NCBI GenBank assembly: GCA_046563655.1
Contig: CM102286.1
Location: 12,462,001-12,526,000 of the forward strand
Reading direction: 5' to 3'
Source of the DNA: Yuukianura sp. NJ FZ-2021
Taxonomy: Eukaryota
DNA length: 64,000 nucleotides
The notes beneath the pieces are model-generated. The model ran no database searches. It saw only the letters and a list, made by a program, of their open reading frames with translations, and was not told where the DNA came from. This document shows positions 1 through 11,800 of the stretch, one piece after another (the stretch's first letter is position 1; each line of letters begins with the position of its first letter). The position numbers were made by a program, and so were the translations under genes.

Positions 1-1917
1 TGGAGCAAAAGTGTCCACGACGTCAGAAGTGTCAAATGGATCTTCAAATTCTTTTTCAAATTGTTTTGCCGCTGAATACGGTAATGTTGGTTGCGATTTT
101 AGAGGTGGATGTCGTAGTTCTAAAATTTCGTTGATGCAGTCGTCAGGAGCGTCCAAAGGATGATATTCCTGTTGCGCAGGCGCGGCAACGGTAGAATTTA
201 GTATTGAACCGGCAAAATCCAAATTTTGAAACGATTTGTCTGATTCTCCGGGAGTGATAAGTTCGTCTTCGAGAAGTCGGAGTTCTGACTTTCCCGGAAT
301 CGCAATATGCGATACTGCGGAAGTATCGAATGGGTCGATTTCTTCTTCGTCTTTTGTTTGTGGCGTGAGTGCTGCTGTTTCAAAATTTGAATCGGGATGA
401 ATTATATCCAGAGGATGAAATGACTCTTGTGGTGGTTCGTCTTTTCTTGGATCAAAGTCAAAATCGTCAAGAGATTCAGCTTTTTGAGATACTCCTGGCG
501 GTTCTGGTGGTGCTGACAAAGATACCGCCTCTGGCGGGGTCAAAGGTTGGCAAACCGCAGGTAAAACTGATTGGTCACTTTCACTATTTAGCAATTCGTC
601 TTCAAGTTGTCTCAATTCTGATTTGCCAAACCCGAGTTTCTCAACCACTGAAGTATCAAATGGATCAACTTCAACTTCTGCAGCACTTTCACTTAAAACT
701 TCAACTTTTGTTGGAACAAGATCATCTTCCGTACGAAACCAAGCATCATCATCATCATTCACGCCGATTTCTGCTTCTTCTACTTCCGGTTGTGTGAGAA
801 GGTCAAGGTTTGACACTTGAGATTTTCCTCCGACTGGTTTGATTGGTTCGTCACTTTCAAATTCACGAACTAAATCTGAAAAATCTAATTCCGCTGGTTC
901 AGTTTTTGTTTTCGCTGCGGCTGGAACTGGTTGCGGTTGCGCAGATTCAGACGAATCGTCACCTCCATCAAATCCAAGAAGGTCAACATGCACAGGACGA
1001 CCTCTTTTGGTCTTTTTGATTTCTTCTGTTTTGTCTTCGTATGGAACAGTTTTTGAAACTGGAGCAGCGTCTCCCTTTTTAGTTAAAACTTCAACTGCAC
1101 AGCCCAAGTTAATTTTCCGTTTTTCTTTTACTTCTTCTTCCTGGATTTTCTTAACAACGTCGGCTACTGCTGAAGTGTCGAATGGATCGTCTCCGTCGTC
1201 AGCCTCTACTGGACTGTCTGGAATGTAGGCCAATTGGATTTGGCCAGTTTCGATAGCATCGAGATAAGAAGTATCAAATAATCCATCGTCCAAAACAACA
1301 ATTTCTTTCTCAACTTCTTCGAATTTTAGTACTTCTGGTTTCGGTTCAGCAGGAGTTGGCTGTAATTAATAATTAAATATTTAGATTCCTATTTTTAACC
1401 TTGAACACGCGCAGCTCTCGTCACAAGTTGCTCAAAAATTTATAATTTTGAGGAGTTTCGAAAAAAAATTTACCAGAGGAGGTCCCCAGGAACCATCAGT
1501 TTCGTCAGTTGTGGGAGAAAACGGTTGATCAGAGTGAAAGTCTTGTGATTTCTCAACGTCTTCCCACTGAACTTTCTTTTCTTCAACAACAGCAGCAGAA
1601 ACTTTCTTTTGGTAGTAACTTGTAGTTTTGATTCGATCAAGGTCACCCGAAGTTTTTTTCAAAGTCACGTCAATCCCAGCAGTCAGTTGCTTAAATCGAG
1701 CCCATTCGTCATCTTGTTCAGAATCAGGAGCAGTGGCGGATTTTTTTGAATCAGGATTTTCAGATTCTGTAGCAGTAGAAGTCCCTTCACCACTTTCAGC
1801 CTTCCTTTCCTCAAGTTCTTTTTTGAATTTGGCTAAATTCTCGGGGTCAAATAAGTCCTCTTCCTTGTCCTTCTTCCCTTTGATTTTCTTCTTAATCCCT
1901 TTCTTGATTTTTAGCAT
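1..1917 (-). CDS. stnA: Stoned-A (synaptic vesicle endocytosis protein), 5' part; continues beyond the left edge
   Basis: ATG at 1917 (MLKIKKGIKKKIKGKKDKEEDLF...DDEWARFKQLTAGID...GDLDRIK). Exon 1917-1474, GT-AG intron, then exon 1359 to <1. Contains LFDTSYLDAIETGQIQLAYIPDSP, four DPFDTS motifs and two DPFDTS-x-GKSELRxLEDEL repeats, typical of insect Stoned-A. Confidence 0.85.
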
Positions 1918-2437
1918 ATTCCAATAACACACTACTGCGGCTTTGGACTCGCTAAAAAATATTTTTAACAATCATTGTAAATTTAGTTTAATTACACAAG
2001 CATTTACTTCAGGAAGGAATTATGAAATTACTTTAACAAATAGAACATTCAGCGATTTTCGCACTATCGAAATTGGTCCCAAAAAATTTAAAGCCTCCCT
2101 AATTTGTCTCCATTTTTAATTTTTCTTCACGCAGACTGATTAATCCGTGTGTCAAATGCAAAAAAAAGTTTAAAAAAAATTGACAAAAAAGTGACCGCTG
2201 AGTGATGCTTATTACTAGTCATTTGATTGAACAGACAAATTTGGAAAATTAGACATCCACAATTACTAAATGTTCAAGTGAAGCTTAAGCTACCAAAATT
2301 ATGGTAAATGCAAAACCACGTTTCAAATTACAAGAATTAAAAACTTTGGACTAGAAAGGAATCGAGTAAAGGGCTTGGCTCACTTCTCTAGTTCAAAATT
2401 TTGGTGTCGAATTTTAAAAAAAACATGCCGTGCTTAC

Positions 2438-3495
2438 CAGATTAGTCATTACTCCATAAGTGTAATCGATGTGAAATGGAATGGAAGTGAAAACTGCTCA
2501 AAATGTCACAAAATTTAAAAGTCCTTGTCTTCTGAATGAATGCCGTAGGAACACTTTCACTAGGGAAAGTCAAAGGAACTATAGGGAGGGTGTGCCTCTG
2601 TCTCACTCCGTCGTATAATCCATACAACTCTGGAACTTTCGCTCCTGCGTAAATCGTTTGTAACTTTCCCCTTTCAAAAGCCAAACAGATTCAACCCCAC
2701 ACTAAAATCAATTCTGGCCAATTCCCTGAATCACTCTCCTGTGCAATCCAATATCCTTGCTTTCCCTCCTCTAAGTTTTATCTTCTACGAGAGAAAGTGT
2801 CAAATGTCCATTGTGAACCAGGAGTAGGTCAAAGGTCAAACGGACTTAATGAAACTCCTGAGACGCTGTTTGAACAAAATCCTGTTTGAACAAAAAACAG
2901 AAGCCAGAGGATCATGCTTACAACTCATGAATTCCCACAGGAATTTACACATCTTTCCGGAGAAAGGCGTAGTTCTTGATCTGCTCCCATCTTGATCGAC
3001 CTAGTTTCTTCTTGGCTGGACTTGCAACACAACTTCTACCGTGCGGTTTTCCAAAAATTGGCTCACTTTTCAGAAAAAGAAGCTAAAAATGTTAAAATTC
3101 AATTTAAAAGTGACTAATTTTATAGATGAAATTGGACAGTAACTTCATTTCCTACTTTAGCTGGCTAAATTTTTATTGAATTTATATTCTAGGTACTAAA
3201 ATTTCGTGGTACGGAAATTTAATTTTAGCTCTACTCTGGAAAAATTACGGTAACGAATTTTAGCGGAGAAAGCACGCGAAGTGGTTTTCTTTAATGCCAT
3301 TTTGCTACAGTTCTTCTTTTGTTCGTAAAAGTTTTGGTGTGTCCTCGCCAGTATTGATTTGATGCGCAGAGGAGCACATGCTTCTGAAAGAAATTGGGAT
3401 TTAGGTGACAGGCTCACGCAACGATCGAAACGAATACAATGGAAGTGTAATTTTAGCAAGAATTTTTGCAGTTTTGCACAAAATCTGCACACTCT
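2438..3495 (-). other. Probable spliced 5' leader exons of stoned (about 3495-3418, 3082-2922, 2865-2438), joined to an acceptor 34 nt before the stnA ATG
   Basis: Consensus minus-strand donors at 3417 (gtgagc), 2921 (gtaagc) and 2437 (gtaagc). Acceptors at 3083, 2866 and 1952. No long ORF. Confidence 0.45.
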
Positions 3496-4799
3496 AACAA
3501 ATGTAACTAAGAATAAGGGGAAAGTGTTTCTGTTTCATACATTCAATCAAAATTTAGATTACGCTAGAAATGACTCTATATTTTCCCTTGAAAAGAACAT
3601 TTTTAAAATATTTATACATGAAACCGATGGGAATATTTCATTAAAATTTCCAGTTGAAAAAAGTGTAACATTTAAACATTTGTTTCAATAAAGAGTAGAA
3701 AAAAATTTGAAATTGAAAAAATTTAATGAAAAATACAAAAAGAAAGAAGCTTCAAGAAATTTCACAACTTTGCGCCTACTACTTAAATTTCAGAAATTGC
3801 AATTAATTTATGTTGCATGCTGTACCTTAGTTTGTCTTGTCTGAGTTATTTGAGAAATAAGGTTTTGGGGTCACGGTCTTGATTTTTCAATTTTGAGTTT
3901 TCAGTTTAATTTCAAATTCAATTTAGTTCGTAACAAGGTTAAATGAATTGTCTCTAATTAGGATTAATTCAACGACTATTTGGAGAAATATAACTCACTT
4001 CAATTCTTTGACTTGTTTTTAACAATCGCTACTCCACCATGCACCAATCAAAATTTATTTTTACTCAACATTTTCATAAACTCTGATTCCAAACCTTGTC
4101 ACTATTTTTCTAAAATCTTCACGCATGTTTCTCTCTTTTTCTTTTTGGTTTTGAAAACAACTAGAATTAAATATTGCTTATAATTCTGTTAGAATTAAAA
4201 TTAATGCAAAATGTTGAGTTGAGGTTATATTGAGTGATTGTTGGCAATTCGGAGAAGATTCCACAAGAAATGGGAAACCCAAAGGCTTCCTCCAGTATAC
4301 TTCAGTAACTTCGCAATTTTGTAGAAATTGGGCATTTAGGAGGAAATAGTAGGAAGCAATTTTACTTTTTGCAAGGATTTTAGGAATAACGGTAAAGGAT
4401 AACAAGGATAAGTTGGAGATAATACTGTTTTGGAGGATAATTTGTAGGATAATTTTTAAGATTATGGGAGAAAACAAATTTTGTATAGCAAGAGGCAGTT
4501 TGAAACGACCTTGTTCATAGTCGGAAGAAAGTGATTATTTTAGCGTTCAAGTTCCATGAACCCTGGATATAGAAAATGCATTTTTGAGGTCATTGACCTC
4601 CGTCAAAGGTGATTCACATTTCCCGCCAATTTTGAATCCTGGATTTCCAGAAAACTGGATATTTGATATTGGCGCGATCTTCTAATTTTTTCAAGTTCAG
4701 TTCTATGGTCTCCAGCAGGCAAAAGATGATGGATATGGCTTAATTTGACAACCTTTGTTCAAACAACGACAGTCTTTGTTCAAACACGTTCAAACAGGG

Positions 4800-7097
4800 T
4801 TACTTAAACTCGTCCTCAACTTGTTGTCGTCTCAAGTTCCTTGGATTCCTTAACCCCATTTCAGCAAAATCTGTCCAAGGTTTAGGATTGTCGCGTTTCG
4901 GCGTTTTCGGTTCTCCCTCTAACGATTCTTCCTTTGGCAAACTGATTTTCATTTTTTCAGAAGGACGCGCCTGTCCAGAAGCACCTTTACTGTCTCCCTT
5001 GGAGTGTGAATTGACACTAATGTAGTCTTCAATTGACGTTAAATTTGGTGGTTGGGTTGAGCGAGGGCGGCGTATCGGAGTGGTCGGTACAAAGTGTCCA
5101 ACTCGATCTTTCACCGGTACGATCGGAACTGCTACGGATTTTTCTTGCGGAAGTGTCGTCGGAACATAGGGTAGGTTTGAGTCATCGTCAAGCGTTTCTT
5201 CCAGAAAGAGGCCTTTGGTTTCTTGTGGTGTACTGATATCGTTTGGTGGAATTGGAAACTTAGTTTGAATTTGATCTTCCCGCCGATCATCCTGGTCACC
5301 CTCCTCCCCCTCGGATATGTTTTCATCTACTTTTTCACTATTGTCTGTCGATTCTTCTTTTGCACAACAGTTGAGACGTGGAGTAGGTCCTGCACAGGCG
5401 CCTGAATCTGCTTGGGCATGAGGTGGAGTAGAAGTGACGCTTGCGCATGCTGCAGAAGCGGGAGTTGGAGTCCACGGAACTTTGTCTAAGCTGTCATCAT
5501 CAAAATCAAGTGAAGGTTGATTCGGTATGACGAAGCGTTCTGACCAAGGTGGAGCCACAATTTTAAAAGTGGCGCTGGAAGTTGATGGGCCAGCGACAGG
5601 AGACCTAGGAGGTGACGAGTGCTGAGCTACGGCTACTTCAGCTTGAGTTGTACTGAGTCGGCGCTGATTTTCGGATTCTGAATCTACTGCAGGAGACGAG
5701 TGAATTTGGGCTTGAGACGTTACGATTTCTGGAGGAGCAAAAATTTCGGGTTCCAAGTCTACTGTTGTTGGTCGATTGCCACAAAATGAAGTTTCGTACA
5801 TCATAAGATGTGGTGATACGGATCTTCTGCCAGAACCTGTCATACGGACAAGATTGACGACAAAAGATCAATATTGTTCAACTTTTCTAAAAAAAAATTT
5901 TTTTTAGTTCACTTTTTTTTTAAAAGTGACTTACGACATGTCGGAGTAGGTGATGGAGCACAGGATTTTGGTCTAGGAGAAGCAGCTCCAAACGACGCAT
6001 GTCTTCCCGCCCTTGGAGAAATCGCGTCCGTATGAAGACTATACACTGACGGTTTGCGAACAAAGCTGTCGTTGATTGTCACTGTAGAAACTTTACGTGA
6101 AAATATATTTGCAGGATGTGAGCCACGACGAAGGGCCTCAATAGCAATGCGTTTTGCTTCGAGTGGCCCTTCAGGGGTGGTGGTCGACTCCTCAAAGGCA
6201 ATTTCTTCAGTACTTGAGCGGAGGTCTTCCACTTCCTCGGAACAGTCCAGCCCAAGTCCATACCTGCGCAGTTCCTTCTCGGAAGAGGGCAGTTCATCAC
6301 TAATTGTACTTGAACTACTTGCACAGGAAATGTCTATTCGGGGAGTTGGAGGAGTGACGTTGTCTGACCCGGAGTCATCCGGCAGCACCGGAACGGGGAT
6401 TGGTCTTATTGTTTCTGGACGAGGATGCTTGGATTTTATGGGGACTTGGTGAGCTGACGCTGTACAACCGCTTGCTGCAATTCCTGACGCAGACGCAGGA
6501 GCATTTTTTGAATCTTGAACTCTTGAATCTGCAAAAAGTTCAGAAAATTATCAAAACGAATCTCAATTCTTAAACACTTGAATCTGCAAAAACTTCAGGA
6601 AATTATCAAAACAAGGAACGAACTCTAAGATTAGTTTTATGATTTGAAATTTTTAACATTTGGTGAGTATGAGGTGCGATTAGGCTAAGAAGTTATATCT
6701 AAGTTAAGGCTAAGTTTTGAAATTTTTGAAGTTATGTTAGTTACTCACCAGTAGCACAATCTTCAACTATCGGAAGGCAATTTCGAACAGCGCTTGACGG
6801 TTTGCTGGGTTTGAATTCTTCCAAATCTTCAAAAGAAGCCAACGGAGCAAATTCACGTCGTTTGGATTTCACAGTCTTCTGTTCAGTATTTCTTTTCAAA
6901 CCAAAAATTTTGAAAATTTTTAACAGAAATTTTTTAATTAGTAATAATTTTGAAAAATTTGAACCTCAACTTACTTTTGTGGATGACACTCCACTGAACC
7001 CGTCACAGTTTCCATTTAAATTTTGAACAGAAGTTATAACTTTTGGAAAATCGTGACCACGACCACTCCCTTCTCCTTACTCCGTCCAGTAGTCCAT
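4800..7097 (-). CDS. Uncharacterised Ser/Pro/acidic, largely disordered protein (~600 aa); 3' end ambiguous
   Basis: In-frame model: ATG 7097-7081 (MDYWTE), 6891-6749 (KRREFAPLASFEDLEEF), 6528-~5935, then ~5885-4804 (SGRRSVSPHLMMYETSFCG, LPYVPTTLPQEKSVAVPIVPVKDR, RPRST). Ends at TAA 4800 if unspliced, or uses the donor at 4803. Confidence 0.6.
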
Positions 7098-8821
7098 AGT
7101 TTAGCGAGAGTAATTTTCAGTTGAGGCTTAAATCCTGAGAAAGTAAAGTAAAAGTGAGGTGTAGTAGTTGGAAAGGGCACATGTTAAGAAGTGGATCTTT
7201 TCACTTGGATCAAGTGTATGGGAAAGTCTTTTTTTGATTTACAAGGCCCTGGGAGTCGGTGCAGTCGAACCTCAACTTATTGAGGCCACCAAAAACTATT
7301 CGGCTAAATCCGGGAGTTCCGCCTTCTATGTTTCTGCAGTCTGACTGGAGATAGTAGCTGTTTCTGTGTGGGACTCAAGAATTCCAGCAGAGCTTATTGT
7401 ATACGCATCTATCGACTGCAGGATGGGCCTGGAAGGAAACTAACTTTGACAAATGAATTTGTGGGGCTGGAAATTGTGTGAGGCTTTTGTATGATGTAGG
7501 AAGCCCAGTAAAGCCCAGGGTTCCATCGATTCAGTAATTATTTATATAGTTTAATACCACCCGCACTTTCACTATTAACCAAGAAATTGACTTTTAAAAA
7601 AAGAGTGACAAAAAAGTTTTAACGGAAAACCGCCATAGAAATGCCAATAAATCAAACTTAAATTTAACTTTTTTTTTCTGTGTTAGCTCAAACATATTTC
7701 GACAAAAACCGCAAAAGCCACGCTACGTTACTTGCAAAGCTCAAAATTAAATCGATGTGTCTGAACATGACATGTTCAATTCCCAAAATTTGACAACCAT
7801 TTCAACTTATGTTCAAAAAATTTCTGAAAATCTTTCCAGTTTCAAAAATTGAACACAAACTTAGCCATTGGGGTATTATAAGATTTCAAAGGAATGCAAA
7901 GGAAAACCGTTGACGAAATTTTTTTTAGTCAAAAATGATCCACAATTTTTTTCTTCAGATTTTCAGCGAAGTGAGAACAATGTAAATATGACAAAACCCA
8001 CAGAATTTTTATTTTTGAAGTTTTAATTTGATTGTATGAAGGAAATGGCTTACTTATCGAAATAGGAAGCGGAATTAGTTAAGTATTTAAATCTAAATAC
8101 CGCTGCGGATAAATATCTATATTGCTAGAAAGCTCAGTTGCGGTTGTTTCAATACTAATTAAAAGCTTACGCTAAATCAAAGATAAAGCAATAAATTGAA
8201 TCCTACGGCGTATGCAACAATTCCTACGTATTTTTCGGGAACATTACGTAGTATTGCCAACCTTGTTTAAACCAAGTTTGAGCAGTTGTACTAAAACTGT
8301 AACGTCGACCGCCCAACGACTTTTCTGCAACCCCTTTGAATGCTGCTTTTGTAACGCTGCTAAGATGCTTCTGGGTGTAGTTGGTTTTTGTTGCTACTGT
8401 GCCTTACTTTCTATTTATGGACCACTGACTATCAATAGCAGTGCCTGCTAACAACGCTTCTATCGCTTCTTTATACAACTTTTTTCTTTTTTAAAAAAAG
8501 TTTTAAAACTGATTCACATACTACTTGCTCAGCCTGCAGACCTTGGTTAGTTGCTCTCTTGAGTTTGGTCTCTAGCATTTTGATTCCATCTTCCTCAACT
8601 TCTTCATCTATCAGGTGAATTTTTCAGTTTCGCAAAATTTAGCAGCTTATAAAATTTTTACAAAGTTCATGAAATTTTAAAAAGTCAATATCATCTTAAA
8701 CGGAGTTTTTAATCAAAAAGGTTTGAGCTTATATCGGTTTTAAAGTAACTTTTTGCGTTTCTGCCACTTTTAGCCCATTTTCCAGTTTCGTCCAGCCACA
8801 AGGCTCAACTAACCGGTCAAG

Positions 8822-11800
8822 ATGGACGCCATCAAGAAGAAGATGCAAGCTATGAAGCTTGAGAAGGACAATGCCATGGATCGAGCGGATGCCTGTGAAC
8901 AACAGGCGAGAGATGCCAATGCCCGGGCAGACAAAACGGAAGAAGAAGTGCGAGCCCTTCAGAAGAAAATCCAACAAATTGAGAATGAATTAGATCAGAC
9001 GCAAGAACAACTCGCACAAGCAAATTCCAAATTGGAGGAAAAGGAAAAAGCACTTCAAAATGTAAGCTCCATTTTTCTTTTTTCAAAAAAATGTTTTCGT
9101 TTGTGTCTGAAGCTACCACGTTTCAAAAGCCCACTTTCACTTTTTGTGAGAAGGAAAGTGGGATTACATTTCCCAAAATCCCAGAGACACATTAACAATA
9201 GACGCAAGAAAGAATACCATAATCGACGGCACTGAGATGCCAAAGGCAGTTTTTTGTTACTTTCTTCGTCTTGTGCTGATGATGATGGAAAAACTTTTTT
9301 GAAAAATAGTACAAGGATTTGCAGCCACTTTTCTGCGACTTAAGCCATTGCTAAAAGGCTAACAAACAGAAACACAAAGATGCGTTCCATTTTTTAGTGT
9401 AATCAATTTTTTTAACAAAAAAAAAAACATTTCAAAACAAAAGAAAAAGAAACTTCCATTTTTTTTGTTTTTGATCAACACTGCAAAATTTTGTACAATT
9501 TTTTTTTATTTAAAAATTTGAAAGCATAATTTCGTAAAAACAGTGTAATTTTTTTTTGTACGAGTTTTTTTTTTTTTGATCTTGAGCTTTGTGACAAAAT
9601 ATCGTTCATGTTTCATGTAACTTGCTCTTGGTTGGCAAAAATTTGAAAAACTTTGGTTAAAGCGTCCAAACATCTAAGAAAACCAGGATATTGAAAAGTC
9701 AAAGGTCAAAGGTTTTCGTGTGATGGCATTTCTGGGAGAGATTGAATTCCAAGACAAAGAGTCAGAAGTTCGATCAAAGAGGAATTTTTTGCCTGATCCG
9801 GAAGTAGGTTTTAGTAGAGGGTGGTGGTGGTATGGTGTAAGAATTGAGTGACATCAGCTATAATTCAGGGACATTCAGGACAAAGAGCAGCAAAATTTTA
9901 AAGTTGGCGAAGAAGTCCGGACAGGCGGGAGGATATGAAAAGAATTCGGGTTGGCAGGGAACGGCTTATTCGGAGATGCAACAGGAGAGCAAAAAAAAAG
10001 TTAAAAAATCCGAATAACCCGGTTCCAGCTTAGCAGACGGCGAAAGCTCCTATTTTTAGACAGAAATGTGATCTTTCCCTTTCTTTTTGGCAATGTTGCA
10101 TGGAGGGCTTGAGGCTTTGGGCTTGGCCGTATAAGGACAAGCCTAAGCTACACTTCAAACCAATACGAGTTTTTATTTAGACAAATTCAGTTGTAGTGGG
10201 CGTCTTTAGAAAAAGATCTGAAAATATTTTGTATTACAAATTTTAGTTGCGAAACTTAGTGTTGCAACTTGTTTCCAATGCTGCAGTTTCGTAATCAAAA
10301 GAATGCGGAAGCAGTAACTTGTTAAGAAGTTGTGAAAATCTTTCGAAATCTTTTGGATTCTGGAATCTGCAAACAAAATTGCTTTGCATTTCGAAATTGA
10401 AAGCCGTTTAAATATATATATTTTCTTTTTATTATTTTCAATTTTGTTTCAAAATTCAGATTAAATTCAGTTCTCCTGGTCAATGGTTTGAGTTGTCACT
10501 TCATTTTTTAAAGTTGAATTCTTGAATTTCAATTGAATAGAAATCGAAATTCACAAATAGTATTTAGAATGTAAAAAAGAATTTTTTTTTGTCGACAAAA
10601 TTTTGTGTTCAATGAAAATTGGCAGCAGCTATAGGTTTTTTCCATAAAATTTCTTAAAACCAAGATTCGTTTTTATAGCACCAAGCAGCCTCCACTTGTT
10701 CTAATTTTTCTTCTAAAAATAAACTTTGCTAGATTCTCCCCTCCAAAAATTTTAGTCTATGTTCTAAAAACCAGATGTCAAAAGAGCATGGCGTATAAGA
10801 GCTACAGCTAACACAAGTTTGAAAATCTCTACTACTTTTTCCTTACCTACAAACGTTTTAACTTTTTTTTTAAAACCGGGTATCACCGAATAGTTTTTCC
10901 CCTGCATAACTTATGTACATTTACTTTACAGAAAGGATACCACAGAATTCATCCTTCAAACCTCCCCAATGCACAAATCTTAATGACTCCCAGGATCCAG
11001 TTGACTACGGTAGCCCCATTGGTCCACTACTTTAAATGAGCTTGTACATTAAGAAAACTTAACTACTCAAGTTAACTGTATAGTTAAATTTAACTACCAG
11101 TCCAGAAAATTTTGAAATCAGACGCTGATAACTTTTTGGCATCACGTTGTTTCAACCTTAGGCTTAGGATTTCAATTTCAGTTTCGAAATGAAAAAGTGG
11201 CGTTGGTGTGAATGTGCGACGGTCTGACTCTGTGCCAAAAATCATTCGTAAACAAATGATGAAACTAACGTTAGTTCTTAAGAGTTAGTTTCATTGTACT
11301 CCACAGCAAATCTTTCAAGTTTCTTGACGTTCTTTCTGCCTTCACTTCAAAAAAAGTTAAAAACTTTTTGAAAAAAGTGCTTCCAAATCTTAAATTCCAA
11401 AAACTTTGGAGCATAACTCAACTTTAAAGTGGGACGCTTCACCCAAAATTTTGAAATTCTTGGATAGTTTTGGCACAGGATTGAAAATTGAAACTGTGAA
11501 GACATTTTGCAATTGAAAAGTGACTTTGTATTGCAGTTTTGGCTCGTTCTGAAGCCAGTATAGACTTATTCAGTGGGAGGATTGAAAGTTAGGGGAGATC
11601 TTTTTTTGGCCTGACATTAATAGAAGGCATAGGATGATCTTGACGGGGAAGACATCTCTGTACTAAACCTATGATAGTCTGTACTACTACAGTGAAGTGT
11701 TCAAAAGTAATCGTGTTATAGTGAAATCCAACTGCTTAATTTGGCATCAACTTTGAAATAGACAAATTGAAACCAAAATAAAACTTGACGTTTCGGGTAG

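Noticed and set aside
369..1927. Several Ser-rich plus-strand ORFs (also 6054-6452, 30254-30652 and minus-strand 62438-62815)
   Set aside because: Antisense shadows of real coding exons on the opposite strand.
4370..4465. Cluster of GGATAA repeats as a GATA enhancer or coding repeat
   Set aside because: Irregular low-complexity sequence in a probable 3' UTR with no independent support.
2866..4798. The GTTCAAACA inverted repeats as TIRs of a 1.9-kb transposon
   Set aside because: No target-site duplication or transposase remnant, and the repeats coincide with splice sites. Kept only as an alternative explanation.
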